This document shows, piece after piece, positions 12,531 through 24,774 of a stretch of DNA of 64,000 bases; position 1 is the first letter of the stretch; each line of letters starts with the position of its first letter. The stretch is from positions 85,562,001-85,626,000 of the forward strand of contig NC_087436.1 in the NCBI RefSeq assembly GCF_036321535.1, written 5' to 3'. The position numbers and the translations under genes are program-made. This stretch comes from Camelus dromedarius. Taxonomy: Eukaryota. The notes below the pieces were generated by a model, which worked only from the letters and a program-made list of their open reading frames with translations, searched no databases and was not told the DNA's origin.

Positions 12531-12894
12531 AGCTTGTTTACTTTGTGGTTAACCTTCAGTTCAAACATCAGCTTCATCACTTACTTAATCAAGGGGCCTT
12601 GGGCCAAGTATCAACCTCTCTAAACTTCAGTTTCCTCAACCATAAAATGAGGTCATTGGCAGAATTTCAATGACAATGATGCAAAGTGACTACAAGATAA
12701 TCCTTGTACAACATTACAGCTGATCTTAATCAAGTTCTTAATAAACATTTAAAATTTTCATTAGGGGTATTATCTCAGGAACAGTTTTGGAGATGTTAAA
12801 GTCAATATTGGGTCTTTCATTAACCAGCTGTACCACCTTGGGTATGCTGTTTATCTGGGCCTGTTTTCTCATTGTAAAATGGCATATGCTTAGA

Positions 12895-13370
12895 ACAGGG
12901 CTACTCAAAGTGTGGTCCACTGTCTGCTGGCCATTTGTGAACTGTTACTGGCCAATGATGAGGAATTCAGATGCACAGCTAGTAGGTGTTATTTAAAGAC
13001 TTCCATATCAACTTGACCAAATAATTTCATGGCTTTTGAATCTAATAATAAAAAGTTTGGGCTTGTATTTTACATCTCTGTCTTTTTATTTTATTATTCT
13101 AATAATTTATTTTTATTATATTTTCAAAGGTTTCACAATTTACAACAGCTTAGAGGAAGAAAAAGCCAAGAACTAGTCCTTCAGCACAGATTGTTAGAGG
13201 ACTTTGAGATCAGTGCCTCTTCGATTTCAGTGGGCAAAGAGGTCCACCTGTTAAATGTGCAGATTCTGACCCAGCAGGTCAGGGAGTGGGGTGGAGGGTC
13301 TGCGTTTCTGACAGGCTCCTGGGTGATGCTGATTTGCTGGCCGGTAGGTCACTCTGCGTGGCAAGGCCTA
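12895..13370. mobile_element. hAT-Charlie/MER5-like DNA transposon fragments
   Basis: CAGGGCTACTCAAAGTGTGGTCC terminus; TGCAGATTCTGACCCAGCAGGTC. Confidence 0.55.
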
Positions 13371-13939
13371 GGTAAGTCCTATTACCACAGACTGACTGTC
13401 AATACTCTACCATTTTACAGAACAGAATTACAGAAACATGAGAAAATTAGGGTGACCTCGGAGGTCTTCCAAATCTGTCCTTTCTTTGGGACTTTTACAT
13501 ATTTTGTTCAATTTATAAGAGGGTTTTTCCCTAATATTTTTGGGTTTTTTGTTTGTTTTTGTTTTTTTAATTGAAGTATAGTTGAGATCTGCAGATACTA
13601 AAAGGGTTTTAATACTGTAATTCAGGGATGGTCCACAGGCTGTTTTCCATTTTTAACTAGAAATTTCGAGGTGAAGATAACGCTACTTGGATCACTAAGT
13701 CTTCTGCATCAGGATGATAGGAATGCATTTTTATATAGTTTGATTTGGACCAATGACTTCTTAAAGAGACAAATTATTCAGACCGGATGAGCCATCACTC
13801 CAGGCAGAGCATCTATCCTCTGGAAGGCAGGGATCTTGTTTAGCCATCAAAGGGCCCTTGTGTTGACTCTCAACATGGCTATTGGACTTGACCTTAAAGA
13901 GGAGAATATAAGGACCCAAAGGGAAGTGTTACTGAAAAG

Positions 13940-14325
13940 TGACTAACGAAATGCCTTAAACGTATATACATGGGGGCAGGAGAGGAAGGGGCTGTCACCC
14001 TCTTCTGCAAGAATGCGAGTGAGCCTCTGTAACAGGAAGGAGCGGGAGGTGGGGACAGTGCTACTGGAGGCTGAGCAGTGGCAGGGAGGTGCCCGGCAGA
14101 AGCTATATCCACAGTACCTGCCTAGGGTGCAAGAGAGAGCAAATACCCTGGCCTCTCTCCTATCTTCCAATCCTTTATGCCTCCCATTGGTGAAAATCAA
14201 CTGGCAAGCAGATGGCAATGATCTTGAGTTTTGCCATCTGTGGATGTCGGCCTCCTGGAGCCCAGAACAAGACAGGGAATGGTGGAAAATAGACTGAGAC
14301 AAGCACAGGGAGAATAACCAGCATA
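13940..14325 (-). mobile_element. ERVL LTR (LTR33-like) fragment
   Basis: CTCCCATTGG...AACTGGCAAGCAGATGGC...GGAGAATAACCAGCA. Confidence 0.5.
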
Positions 14326-14934
14326 GACCGCACATTCTATAACCCGATCCCCTCGATCTCAGGATTCTCATAAAATTTCACACACACACATACATACGTT
14401 GGAAACCACCGCTGGACATTCACACACCACACTGAGCTGGGACCAAATGATACAGGTCATGCAAAGCAATGGAGGAGTCGTCAGGGTTGAGCTGGTTCAA
14501 TCCAAGATGCCTTTCTGGAGGGAGTGGCTTTGAGGTGACCACAAAAGGAGATAAGATACATGAGTTTGGGGAAAAAAGAGAGAGAAAGGCACTTGAGGCA
14601 GAGTCTGAATAGCTTGTAAGTACAAAGAGGGATCATTGGAAACGAACGCCAAACAAGCCAGTTGGTAGAAGGCATCAGATCCTGATTTGAATGGTATAGG
14701 GGAGCAACGGCTCTTGAGTATAGGGGCATAGCATGATATAGACAGAGAAAATTTACTAATAATAATAATGGCTGTGCATTGGGTACATTAGAGATAAAAT
14801 CATCTTCCGTTGTAATTTTTCACACACATCATGTCATTTATGCCTCATGTCAACCTGAGAGGGGTGGTAATATAATCACCTTCATCTTATAGAAGGAAAA
14901 ACTGAGAGCGAGAGAAAAACTCCTTGGCCAAATG

Positions 14935-15327
14935 AGGCAGACTATGTTATTATTCAAAAATATTTTCTGTCCCTCCCGTGGGAATTCTCTTTATTGGCTC
15001 CTCCCTACCAGACAACTTTCTGACTATACTTGTCCCATTGACATCCAGCTTGGTTTCGTGACTGCCTTTGGCCAATGAAATGTGAGTGAAGATGATAATT
15101 ATCAATTCCAAGCAGAACCTTTACAATCCAGTGCTCTTTTCCCTCTGGGTAGAGGCTGCCCTGTAAGCCTGGGTCTTAGCATGAAAAGGACCTGAACACC
15201 TCAAAAGCCAATAACCCACAGAGGACCTGTAATGAGAGCAAGAAATGTTTGCTCTGGTATTATATGTCATTGAGGTGCGGGCGTCATTTGTTAAAGCAAC
15301 ATAACCTAGCCTAGCCTGACTGATTAG
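14935..15327 (+). mobile_element. MaLR LTR (MLT1J-like)
   Basis: GTGACTGCCTTTGGCCAATGAAATGTGAGTGAAG...GCAACATAACCTAGCCTAGCCTGACTGAT. Confidence 0.7.
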
Positions 15328-15967
15328 CCAGGGATACCGGTTTCCCCCTGGTTGCTGTGTTCAGAATACTTATTCCTAGTTTTCATTGTATTTGGCCTCC
15401 CTGTCATATTTAATGCTAGATCAGCCCTTCCTTCAGGAGGTCTTTTCCTTCGTGGCTTCTCCTGGTTTTCCTCCCACCCTGTGCCTGCTGCTTCTTGGGT
15501 TCTCTTGAGATGCCTCTGCTTCCGCTCCCTCCTTCAATGTTGATGTTCACCAAAGTTCTGCCCTTGCATCCTCTTATCTGACACATACTCCCTGGGCAAT
15601 GACATGCATGCCCCTGGATTTATCAGTAAGTGGGTGAGTCCTATGAGAAGTGGGGTGAGAAGCAGAGGCACCTTTTACTTAGAGCTTTGATACCAGAGCC
15701 ATGGGAGAATATCAGATCTTGCCTAAGAGAGAGTGAGGGGAAGCTTAAGGGCATTTTAATGGGTCACTAGAACAAAGAAGCTCAAGGTGAGCAGAGCTAT
15801 GGAAACAAGTGAGGTTGGAGGACTGAGCAGGCTGAGAGTGAGCGTGAGCCTGCCCTTCACACACCTCCGTAGTGTGTTGGAGGCAGTGCTGAACCACAGC
15901 TCTCAGAAGTCCTGGACAACGTCTGGGTGGTTGGTAGTGCCAGGAGGTGGGAAAGATGGAGAAGGAA

Positions 15968-16265
15968 GTGGTTTGTTCAAATTATCTATTTCTTCTTGAT
16001 TAAGTTTTGGTAGACTGTATGTTTCTAGAAACTTGCCCATTAATTCTAGGTTGTCCAATTTGTTGGCATGTAGCTATTCATAGTATTCTCTTTTTTATTT
16101 TTTGTGTAGCTGTGGAATTGGTTATTACTTATCCTTTTTTCTTATAATAACCTATAATGAAAAAGAATATGAAAAAGATATATATATGTATAACTGAATC
16201 ACCACGCTATACACCAGAAACTAACATGACATTGTGAATCAACTATACTCAATTAAAAAAAAAAA
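15968..16265. mobile_element. L1 with 5' inversion: - strand ORF2 piece (15968-16140) joined to + strand 3' tail (16141-16265)
   Basis: Reverse strand gives [40 protein letters not shown] (L1 ORF2-like); + strand has AACCTATAATGAAAAAGAATATG...poly-A. Confidence 0.85.
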
Positions 16266-16567
16266 GGAAAGGATAAGAAGCATAGATAGCTATAACTAAT
16301 TACTTCGGAAAAATTTTTCAAATTTGTTTTGAAGTTAGGTTTTGATTGGACGAGTTAAATTCTGCAATGGCTGGGTGGGTGAACTCACGTATGGTCTGCA
16401 AGTGAGGGCAGCGCAGGTGTGCTGCAGTGAGAAGTTGGCATCTCCTCTTGCCTGTGTCCTGGTACACAGCAGATGCAGACATGGAAGGCTTTAATGAGTA
16501 CCTCAAATTGAGGATGACCCGAAATGGTCTCGTTCCTCCTTGCCAGCCCCAGTATCTTCTTCCTTCG

Positions 16568-16758
16568 GTATTCTGGCTCTCAAGGGGTATTTGGAAATGT
16601 GGGGAGTCACTTTTTAGATGTCACAATGACTAAGGAATGCTACTAGAATTTAGTGGATTGGGCCAAAGATGCCAAACATTTAAAAATGCACAAGAAAGTC
16701 CCACATATAAAGAATTTTCTTGTCCAAAGTGCCACTAGCACCTCTATTAAGAAACACT
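16568..16758 (+). mobile_element. MER20-like hAT-Charlie element
   Basis: GTCACAATGACT...GCTACTAGAATTTAGTGG...AAAGAATTTTCTTGTCCAAAGTGCCACTAG...AAGAAACACT. Confidence 0.75.
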
Positions 16759-16779
16759 ATATGAATGTCATCATTGGCT

Positions 16780-17590
16780 GTCCGATTACCCAAGAAAGAA
16801 CCCTGAAAGTCATCCAAGATCCCTTTGCTCTCTTCTGCCCTCACCTAGCTAAGCTATCAATGAGTTTTATTAATTACACCTCCTAAATGTCTCTCTAGTC
16901 AATGTCCTTCTTTTCATTCCCACCGTCTTACATTGGCCTCTAAGTCTTCCTCTTCTACACTGCTTCTACACAGAAGATGCCACTGCTTCTACACAGAAGA
17001 TGCCACTAAATATCTGTTGAATAAATGAATTTTAATTCCCTCTACTGCTTTTTCTTCCATAGTCAGAGTGAGAATTCGAGAATGCATGTCTGATCAGGCT
17101 ACTCCTGGTATTAAACCCTCACTTGCTCCCCACCATCTTCAGGGTGAAAATCAAACACAGCCCCTTGCCTCACCTTCTAGCCTCATCTACCTTCTTCCAT
17201 GAGAACATCCACTCCAGCTTTGTAGAACCGTCATTGATAACCTCTGACCGTTTTTGGCTTTGTATGTTCTGTTTTCTAGGCCAGAAGTACTTTTCTTCCC
17301 CTTTCTTGAATGGATGACTCATAATTCTGGACTTAGTCAAAGTGTGATTTCCTCTGGGAGGGTGTCCCTGGCTGCCCCTCCCACCAACAGCTGGACTGGC
17401 TCTTCACTGCACCTCCCTGACATCTTAACCACACACCTGCATCATACCGTGCAGATGTTGCCGTTTTCCACACCTTTCATCCCCACTAGACCATGGGATC
17501 CTTGCCGCTTGCAGGCAGGCACTGTGCATTTCATTTCTCTGTCTCCCATGTTTCACACAGTCCTTGATCCATAGTCCCTCAATCAGTGCT
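16780..17590 (+). mobile_element. L2 fragments
   Basis: ATGTCTGATCAGGCTACTCC...AAACCCTC, CCTCTGGGAGGGTGTCCCTG, AAATATCTGTTGAATAAATGAA. Confidence 0.6.
16958..17007. repeat. Perfect 23-bp tandem duplication
   Basis: CACTGCTTCTACACAGAAGATGC twice (16958-16980, 16981-17003) plus CACT. Confidence 0.95.
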
Positions 17591-20569
17591 TCTCACATCT
17601 GTGAAGAAACTAACCAAGGCCACAGGGTCAATATATGGCCAAGCTGATCTCCATCAGGTCTTCAGCCTCCAGCATGCTCCATTGTCTCTCACAAAACTTA
17701 GAAACCGGAGAATCAGTCACTGGATTGGTGCATTCATTCTGGAATAACAGAATATTAGTGAAACTAGAAAACAACGAGTATAGTTCATTCAACTTTCAAA
17801 ATGTCTATTGAGTACCTCCTCTGTCCAGGAACAGAGACAAGAAGTATTCTGATGGAAAGTGCACGAGATCTAAAGGCTGGATATTGCGTGGCTGTGTCAG
17901 GTGAAGGAGCGTCACTGGGGAGCCCCAGAGTCAAGCGGGTACCACCTTAAGACCGGGTACAGGCGGGAGGTGCCTGGCCTCAGGAATTTAGTAAGTTGAG
18001 TAAGGTTGGTCACCACCAGAAATAGCCTCCAGGGACTCCTGCACAGCCAGCGTTCCATTCTCTTCCCCTGTTACTCTATGGGAAATGGAGAGGAGCCACC
18101 AAAGGAAAAATATCTAGGTGGCGTAGCCAAGTTTCCTCCCACTTCGGTCATCAGCCAGAAAAAAGAAGCTGGTGTTCCAGGAGGAAATCTTGGATTAGAA
18201 CTCCTTGTTTATCAACAGCACCACCTGGTACAACTTTGGCCACTGGTTTCTGTTAAAATGGGAACGGGAGCAAAATAAATAGCAGCTTGTCATTTCAAAC
18301 ACCTGGAGAGGAGGGGCGGGGAGGGGAAGTCAGCAAGATAGGGGCCCAGGGGTCATAGAAAATCCAAGACTTGGAGTCTTGATCATGTCTGCGTTGTGGG
18401 AACTGCATCTTCCAGTTCATGGCCCCACTGGGACTCCTTCAAGGGCGAGCAGGCAGGAAGCAGGAGTGCAGAAGCCAAGATTCAGGGAGTACTCTGACCT
18501 GCAAACATCGTGGGGTCTTCCTGCCTTCTGCCTGGATCGCCACAAGTGACCTTAGTGGCTTAAAAAGCCATCTTGGAGTTGTTACAGGTGCTGGGAAACA
18601 GCAGGATGATGGCAAACCAGGGTGAGCATGAAGCCCAGTCCTTATTATGAACTGAGCTCTGGAAAAGGGACGGATGGCTTTGCAGAGAGTCACTAACATG
18701 GAAATGTGCAGATGAAGAGTTAACGAGAGTCAGGCTGAGCTGCAAAACATCAACCCCTATTTTAATGTTCATTTTGATTTCCTCACTCAAGTTTTACTAG
18801 GACAATGGGACACATGATAAAATGGATTTCAGTGCAAAAAAATAAACTTCTAGTCACTAAATATGTTGCTTTTGGAAAGTTTGTGTTTATATGATTTTTT
18901 TTCTCCCTACAAAATTCATGATCTCAGGTCAGTTTGGTTACTCAAATTGGGACAAAGAACACAGCATTTCAATTTTTTTGTGCAAGACAAACTTAGGAAA
19001 AACAGCTCTCTTTACTAAAACTTTAAAGTTATGAACATTAAAATTATTTTAAAATTAATTTAAATGCCTTCTTATTTGTTCTGAAGTTTCTGGAGATTGA
19101 AGCTCACATGTGAGGCTGGGATCTGGCTTAGCCTGGCTTTGGGAATCCGCTCCTACAGGCTTTCTCTCTGTGCTTCCTCTTACAGAGGGTTTAACTCCCC
19201 TGAGAGTCAAAATTAAGGTCTAAGCAAATCACTGCAAAGCCTTTTTCTAGGGTCTAAGAAAAGAAAACATTCTTAATAGAAAACTACAAGAAGGGGGTTA
19301 GTTACTAGCTAAATGAGCGTTGAGTTGGCCCTTTAAAAGTCAGGGGGAAAATGAGGGCCTTGCACTGTCTGACCAGGTTTCACAGTGGTGTCAGTAGTAA
19401 GCAAATACAGAGAGTCTTAAGTATTCTTAAGCGGAAGCTCAATTAAAAAGACAAACCTTGGAACAGGCTTTGTTGAAGGCCGAGAGATTTAGATTCTGCC
19501 AGTCCAGGAAGGAAGGGATTCCAAAGATAAAGGGCATCCATTGCAAACATCTTGTTTCCAACTCCCGGGAGTTCTCCATCAGGAAATGAACAGCAATGTG
19601 CTGCTTCGCTGGGGGAGAGAGAGAGGGACTGTCTCTAAGACAACATTAGCACGAGCCCCTAGAATCCAGGTGTTTTGGTTTCCAAAATCTCTAGGGAGAG
19701 TCTATGTCCCTCAAATGCTAAATACGTGAAATGGTTGAAAAGATAGTGTTTCCAATGCACTTTGTTTTGCAAACCTTTCCTTTTACCTTTTTATTTAAAA
19801 CTTAACTTAGTTTCATTCTTTGGTCCAGACTTTGCCATAATGACAGGTCCAGATGTGTAGGCAAGAAAATTTAATTGCTGGGGAAATGCCAATTCTTAGG
19901 TGAAGAGCCACGTGATATGAAGTTGTCTGTTCCTCGGCACAATGGTTCTCTTTGAGCAGGTTTGATGATGTGGTCTGAGGAATGCCTGGTTTTGAGCGTG
20001 ACTAAATCCTGACTATTGCATGTGATCTTCGCCCTGGTGTTGGAGAAGGAGACAGACTTACTCCTGTGTCTGGACTTGCCTCGAGAGCAGCTGTGTGCAG
20101 CACCCCGGAGGTGAATGTTTGGATACTGGAATGAAATGGTTGATTCAGGAATCACAAAACGAAACAGCACAAGCAGTGGTGGTCAAGACTCATTTGAAAG
20201 GGGAAACAAGAGAATTATGCCTGAGGCAAAGTATAGCAGAAACTGAGCGAGAAGTCTCTCCTGTACAGCGTACTGGACACAGGTACCTACCCTGGAGTCT
20301 GCTTCCTGGGTTTGAATCCCGTGTATTAGCTGTGTGGCTGTGGCAAGTTACTCAGCCTTTTTTGTCTTGGTTCATATTAACTGTGAAATGGAAAGAAATA
20401 ACAGCGCCCACCTTGTAGGGTTAACTAAGGGTTAACTGAATTAAAGCATGTGAATATCGTTCACACCCAGGGTGAAGGTCATCAGCAGAGAGCCAGAGCT
20501 TAACCACGAACACCTAACGTTATACACTCCCTAGGCTGCATCATCACACCTGCTCATAAGGTAATCGTT

Positions 20570-20740
20570 GTGCCACTTTCTAGCTGTGTGACCTCAGGCA
20601 AGTTACTTGACCTTTCTGGGCCTAGGTCCATTCTTTTGTAAAATTGTATAGAATTGAGAGAATTAAAGGAGATAACATTTGTGAAGTGCTTAGAAGAGCA
20701 CCTGGCCCACAGTAAGCACTAGATGATGCTTATTAAATAA
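20570..20740 (+). mobile_element. MIR SINE
   Basis: TGCCACTTTCTAGCTGTGTGACCTCAGGCAAGTTACTTGACC. Confidence 0.8.
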
Positions 20741-21882
20741 ACAAGACTGTGCCTGGAACATCTAAGAGTTTAATATGTATTAGCTATGATTTTAAACATG
20801 GTCACCTTCAAGGAGAACTTGGTCTGTTCTGAGCTCTTAGCTAGAATGAGAACTTGTGAAGTCACACCAGGGAATAAAGGCAAGAGAAAGTGCCTGCGAG
20901 TGTATGCTGGACAGGGGGTGGGAGAATGATAAAACATCTCTTTGAAGATTATCCATTACTGTGCATAATAATCCCCTTCCCAGTGTGGTAGGAAAATAAA
21001 ATGTAGGCCCAAGGCAATATCAATTAATATTACTTATAGCCATGTCTTCATTACGATTAAACAATTAATTTTTCTAGCACCACTGCAAAGAATCGGGGAC
21101 TCACAGTGTAGAATTACTGGACCTTTGCATATGATGATGGCGTTTCTGTAATGTTTCATCTGCTTTGATCCTGAAAATGTTTCCCTTTTTATTCGGTTTT
21201 AATAGAGCTCCTTCTGCAGATCGGGAAGTAAATGCAAAGTTAATGCAAAGTTGTCTTGGACAAAATTGAGCCACTGAAGCGTGTCTTTTGAAATACAAAG
21301 TTATTTTTTTAAATGATAAAGAAACCATTGGTCTAGACCAAAGGTAGAGTAGCAGGAGACATCGCCCCTCTTTTCTCTGACTTCACCTCAAGCTCGGGAA
21401 GGTAGTGAGTCAGGGAAACGTCACCCACAAGGAGAAGGAGGTGGCGGTAGGACTCCTTCCCTGTTGGTAGGTAGGTAGCCTAAACCTTTCCTTCCAGGTC
21501 TCCATGACTGCGTTTGGTCCTTCCACTTTATAACACTCTAGCAGTGTCCTCAGAATCAGTTTTTTCCTCCTGGTGTGTCCAAACAGGTCTGTCTCCTGGG
21601 CTTCCAGGCAGCCCTCATCAGCCACAGTACCACTCCCAGGAAGGTTCTAAAGCCTTGTCTGGCTCTGCAGAGCAGTGTGTTGTGACCCATTTGTATTGTC
21701 TCCCACAGGCAGAGGTGATGATGGCTGAGGGGTGGCTGCACATTTCAGTTTGACTTTTCTGCCTCAATTCCTCTCTTGAAGTGAGAGACAGAATTACAAA
21801 GAAGTTCCAGCTGAGAGATTTGGGGTATATTTCTCAAACTCTCTTAAGACTCAATCCTCATCTTTAAAATGGAGAAAATAGT

Positions 21883-21995
21883 GAGGGAGAGTATAGCTCA
21901 GTGTAGAGTGGGTTCAATCCCCAATACCTCCACTAAAAATAATTAATAAATACACTTAATTACCCCCTTCAAATAAATAAATTAAAAAAAATTTA
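21883..21995 (+). mobile_element. Camelid tRNA-derived SINE (Vic-1-like), internally deleted
   Basis: GGGAGAGTATAGCTCAGTGTAGAG/TGGGTTCAATCCCCAATACCTCCA then AT-rich tail. Confidence 0.8.
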
Positions 21996-22587
21996 ATGAA
22001 CAAAATAATAGTAACAGCAACAGTATTAATGAATCCATCCAGGTCTGTTGCTGGGAGCTTTGCGTGTATTAACTCAGCCTTCACAACAGCTTATGAGGTA
22101 GGGTTATTGTTAGCCCTTCCTGCAGATGAAACTGAGGCTCAGAATAATGGTCCCAGCTGGGAAGTGCCTCAGCATCCTCTTTTAGGATATGGCCTCTTTC
22201 GTGTGCACACGAAAGCACTCAGTATATGTTACCCCTTTTGCTTTTACTTCTGGGTTATAAGAACTTCTGGAAAGCAAAGGAATCCGTAAGGAAACAGACA
22301 GGAAATGGGTCAGTGGATTCTGTTGCATATTCCGTCTCAGGTCACTTTGAAAGAGGATATTAACACTTAGGTGAAGTCCACAGGCAAATCTCTTCAAGCC
22401 ATGTTTCCTGCCTGCACAACCTCAGACAGTTTGCAGAGCACGCATATGGTGTTATTGCTGTTGATCCTCACAGCTGTGATACAGACAGAGTCCTTGGTCT
22501 TTATAGGGGACATCTGTATTTTATTAAAAGATGGCACAGCCAGCATGAGGACTCTTGCTACCACCCTATACATTGCGTCTCTCCAGC

Positions 22588-22775
22588 TCAGTGGTTCTCA
22601 AAGTGTGGTCCCTAGATCACAGCATTGCAGCCCTTGGGAACTTGCTAGGTGTGAAAAATTTCCAGCTCTGCCCAGACCTACTGAATCAGAAACTCTGGGA
22701 AGGGGGCCCAGGAACCCACGTGGTGACAAGCCCTCTACCTGATTCTGACACCCACTCAAGTTTGAGGACCACTGC
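22588..22775 (+). mobile_element. MER5A hAT-Charlie element
   Basis: CAGTGGTTCTCAAAGTGTGGTCC...CCAGACCTACTGAATCAGAAACTCTGGG...AAGTTTGAGGACCACTG termini. Confidence 0.88.
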
Positions 22776-22790
22776 ATTATTCAAACCTCT

Positions 22791-23356
22791 TGTAAGAGGA
22801 AAAGTTGCAGGCTGTTGGGATAACGTGAGATGGAAGCCCCATAAAAAGACTGGCAGGACCCTCAGGCAGGGCCACTTCTCTCCTGCCAGCACCATCCGGT
22901 TCCCTGGCCCAGAGGCTCTCTCTCACTTTTTGCCTTCTGAAATGGCTTTCTTCTAGGAAAGTGGAACTTACCCCTAAAATTCTATTGGTTCCCTGAGCTC
23001 ACTCCTGATTGGTTATTTCCTTCACTCCATATTGATCCATTTCCCTAACTTCTGATTGGTCCATTTTTAGTACTTTATTTGCATGGAGCTCACTCCTGAT
23101 TGGTCCATTCTACAAAGCTTGTTCCTAATTAGTCAACTTTTGTTATACCTTATTTGCATATGATGTTGCAAAGTGTAAACTGGCAGCCTATAACAGCCTG
23201 TGTAAACCTACAGATGGTCCAGAGCTTGGGGTGTTAACTCCTCTGGACCCGCTGGCATAATCAGCCTGAGTTCTCCAACTCTCTGAGTGATGCTTGGTCT
23301 CTTGCCTGGATCCAGGTTGCTGTCACCACTGAGCTGTAACACCTTTTTCTGCAACA
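22791..23356 (+). mobile_element. Solo endogenous retrovirus LTR (ERV1-like; 5' boundary uncertain, 22791-22813)
   Basis: TG...CAACA ends, repeated CTGATTGG (CCAAT) units, TATAA at 23189, U5-like GCTTGGTCTC...GCTGTAACAC. Confidence 0.75.
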
Positions 23357-23683
23357 AACTAACTAGAGAAATTGATGATGTCTACTCTGAAAGAGACAGG
23401 GCAGGTTTGTTTAGTGCTGCTGTGATGGGTTTCCAATAAACTTAAGAGCCCTTCTAATTTGACTGGGGAGACATTTCCAACCACTCGAGACAGTCAGGCA
23501 GAGAGACCAAAGGCCCACCCACGCCCACTGAGTGGGACGGGAGAAAGTCTTATATTGGGTGGATGAAGTTGGAGTTTTAGGAGGCCACTAAATGTATTTT
23601 TCCCTCCTGAGTTTGAGGAATAAGAAAGAAGGATTAGATAAAATCAAACTTTATTACTAATAAAGACCAGAGTGGAGAATATG

Positions 23684-24220
23684 TGTATTCCAGCTTTTGG
23701 GGGTTTTTTGTTTTGTTTTGTTTTTGGTTTATAATAAACCACCCTAAATCAGTGCCTACAAATAACACCAGTCATTTATTTGCTCACGGTGAGAATTGGC
23801 TGGGCTCACCTAGGTGAGTTTCCTTCGGGTCTCTTGTGTGGTTGCCGTCAAATGGTGGCAAGGGTGGAGGGGTGCACTCGATCCCATGTCTAGCACCTGG
23901 GCTGGAAAGACTCCAACAGCTGGGTTGGAACAGCCTCTCTCCCCTGGTCCCATATGCTCTCTCCATATGGTGACCTCAATGTCCCTGGACATCTTTCACG
24001 GTGACTGAAGGGTCCCAAAGTGCTTACTCCAAGAGAAGCTAACAGAAGCCATGTGGCTTTTTAAAACAGCCTCAGGAGCCAGACTGCACCACTTCTGCAG
24101 TGTTCTATTTATGAAGGCAGCCACAAAGTCCCAGCTAGCTTCAAAAGGAAAGGACACAGACTCCACCTCTGGATGGGAAGAATGCCAAAAAGTTTGCAGA
24201 CATGTTTTAAAACCACCACG
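23684..24220 (-). mobile_element. MaLR LTR (MLT1H-like)
   Basis: GCTGGGCTCACCTAGGTG...CACTTCTGCAGTGTTCTATT...ACAGACTCCACCTCTGGATGGGA...TTTTAAAACCACCAC. Confidence 0.8.
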
Positions 24221-24774
24221 GTGTGCCACCACCTGGGTCTCTAATACCCTCTCCTCTGAATTGAACTTCACTCCAAGTCATCATCTGACCCCTTGCAGGG
24301 ACAAAGACTGGCACAGGAAACTTACAAAACGCCTCTCTGTGGGCAGGCCCAGCTGCACTAGAGCGCAGGCTCAGTTTCATTTTCAAAGTCACTGATCAGG
24401 TAAGTTGCTGCTGAGTTGGGGGAGGGGGTGGGAGAGGTCAGGAGTCTTACACTGGAAGATTATTTCCACAGGAGATGTGAGGTCAGGGAAGAGGGATTAA
24501 TTATCTCCTGATTCAGTAGGTCTGGGCAGAGCCGGAAATTTTTCATATCTAGATTGGAGAGAATGCCTTTCGTTTTTAAGCTTTCAAGCAGTTAAGAATT
24601 TTGATTCCTAAATGTTATTTGTATATTCAGTTGCAGAATAACTTAACATCTCTGGCAATTCTTTTCCCCAAAGGGAATCTGCATGTTTTGTTTTAAATAT
24701 GTGTCCACTGTATTTCTTTGTTTGTTTATTTTCTTGCTTGCTTAGTTCCTCCTCATTTCAAACTGCCTTTAAAA

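Noticed and set aside
13029..13574. 181-aa ORF
   Set aside because: Runs through DNA-transposon remnants and a T-rich tail.
22980..23135. Short repeats with spacers, CRISPR-like at a glance
   Set aside because: Few, degenerate units inside an LTR in eukaryotic DNA; no cas genes.
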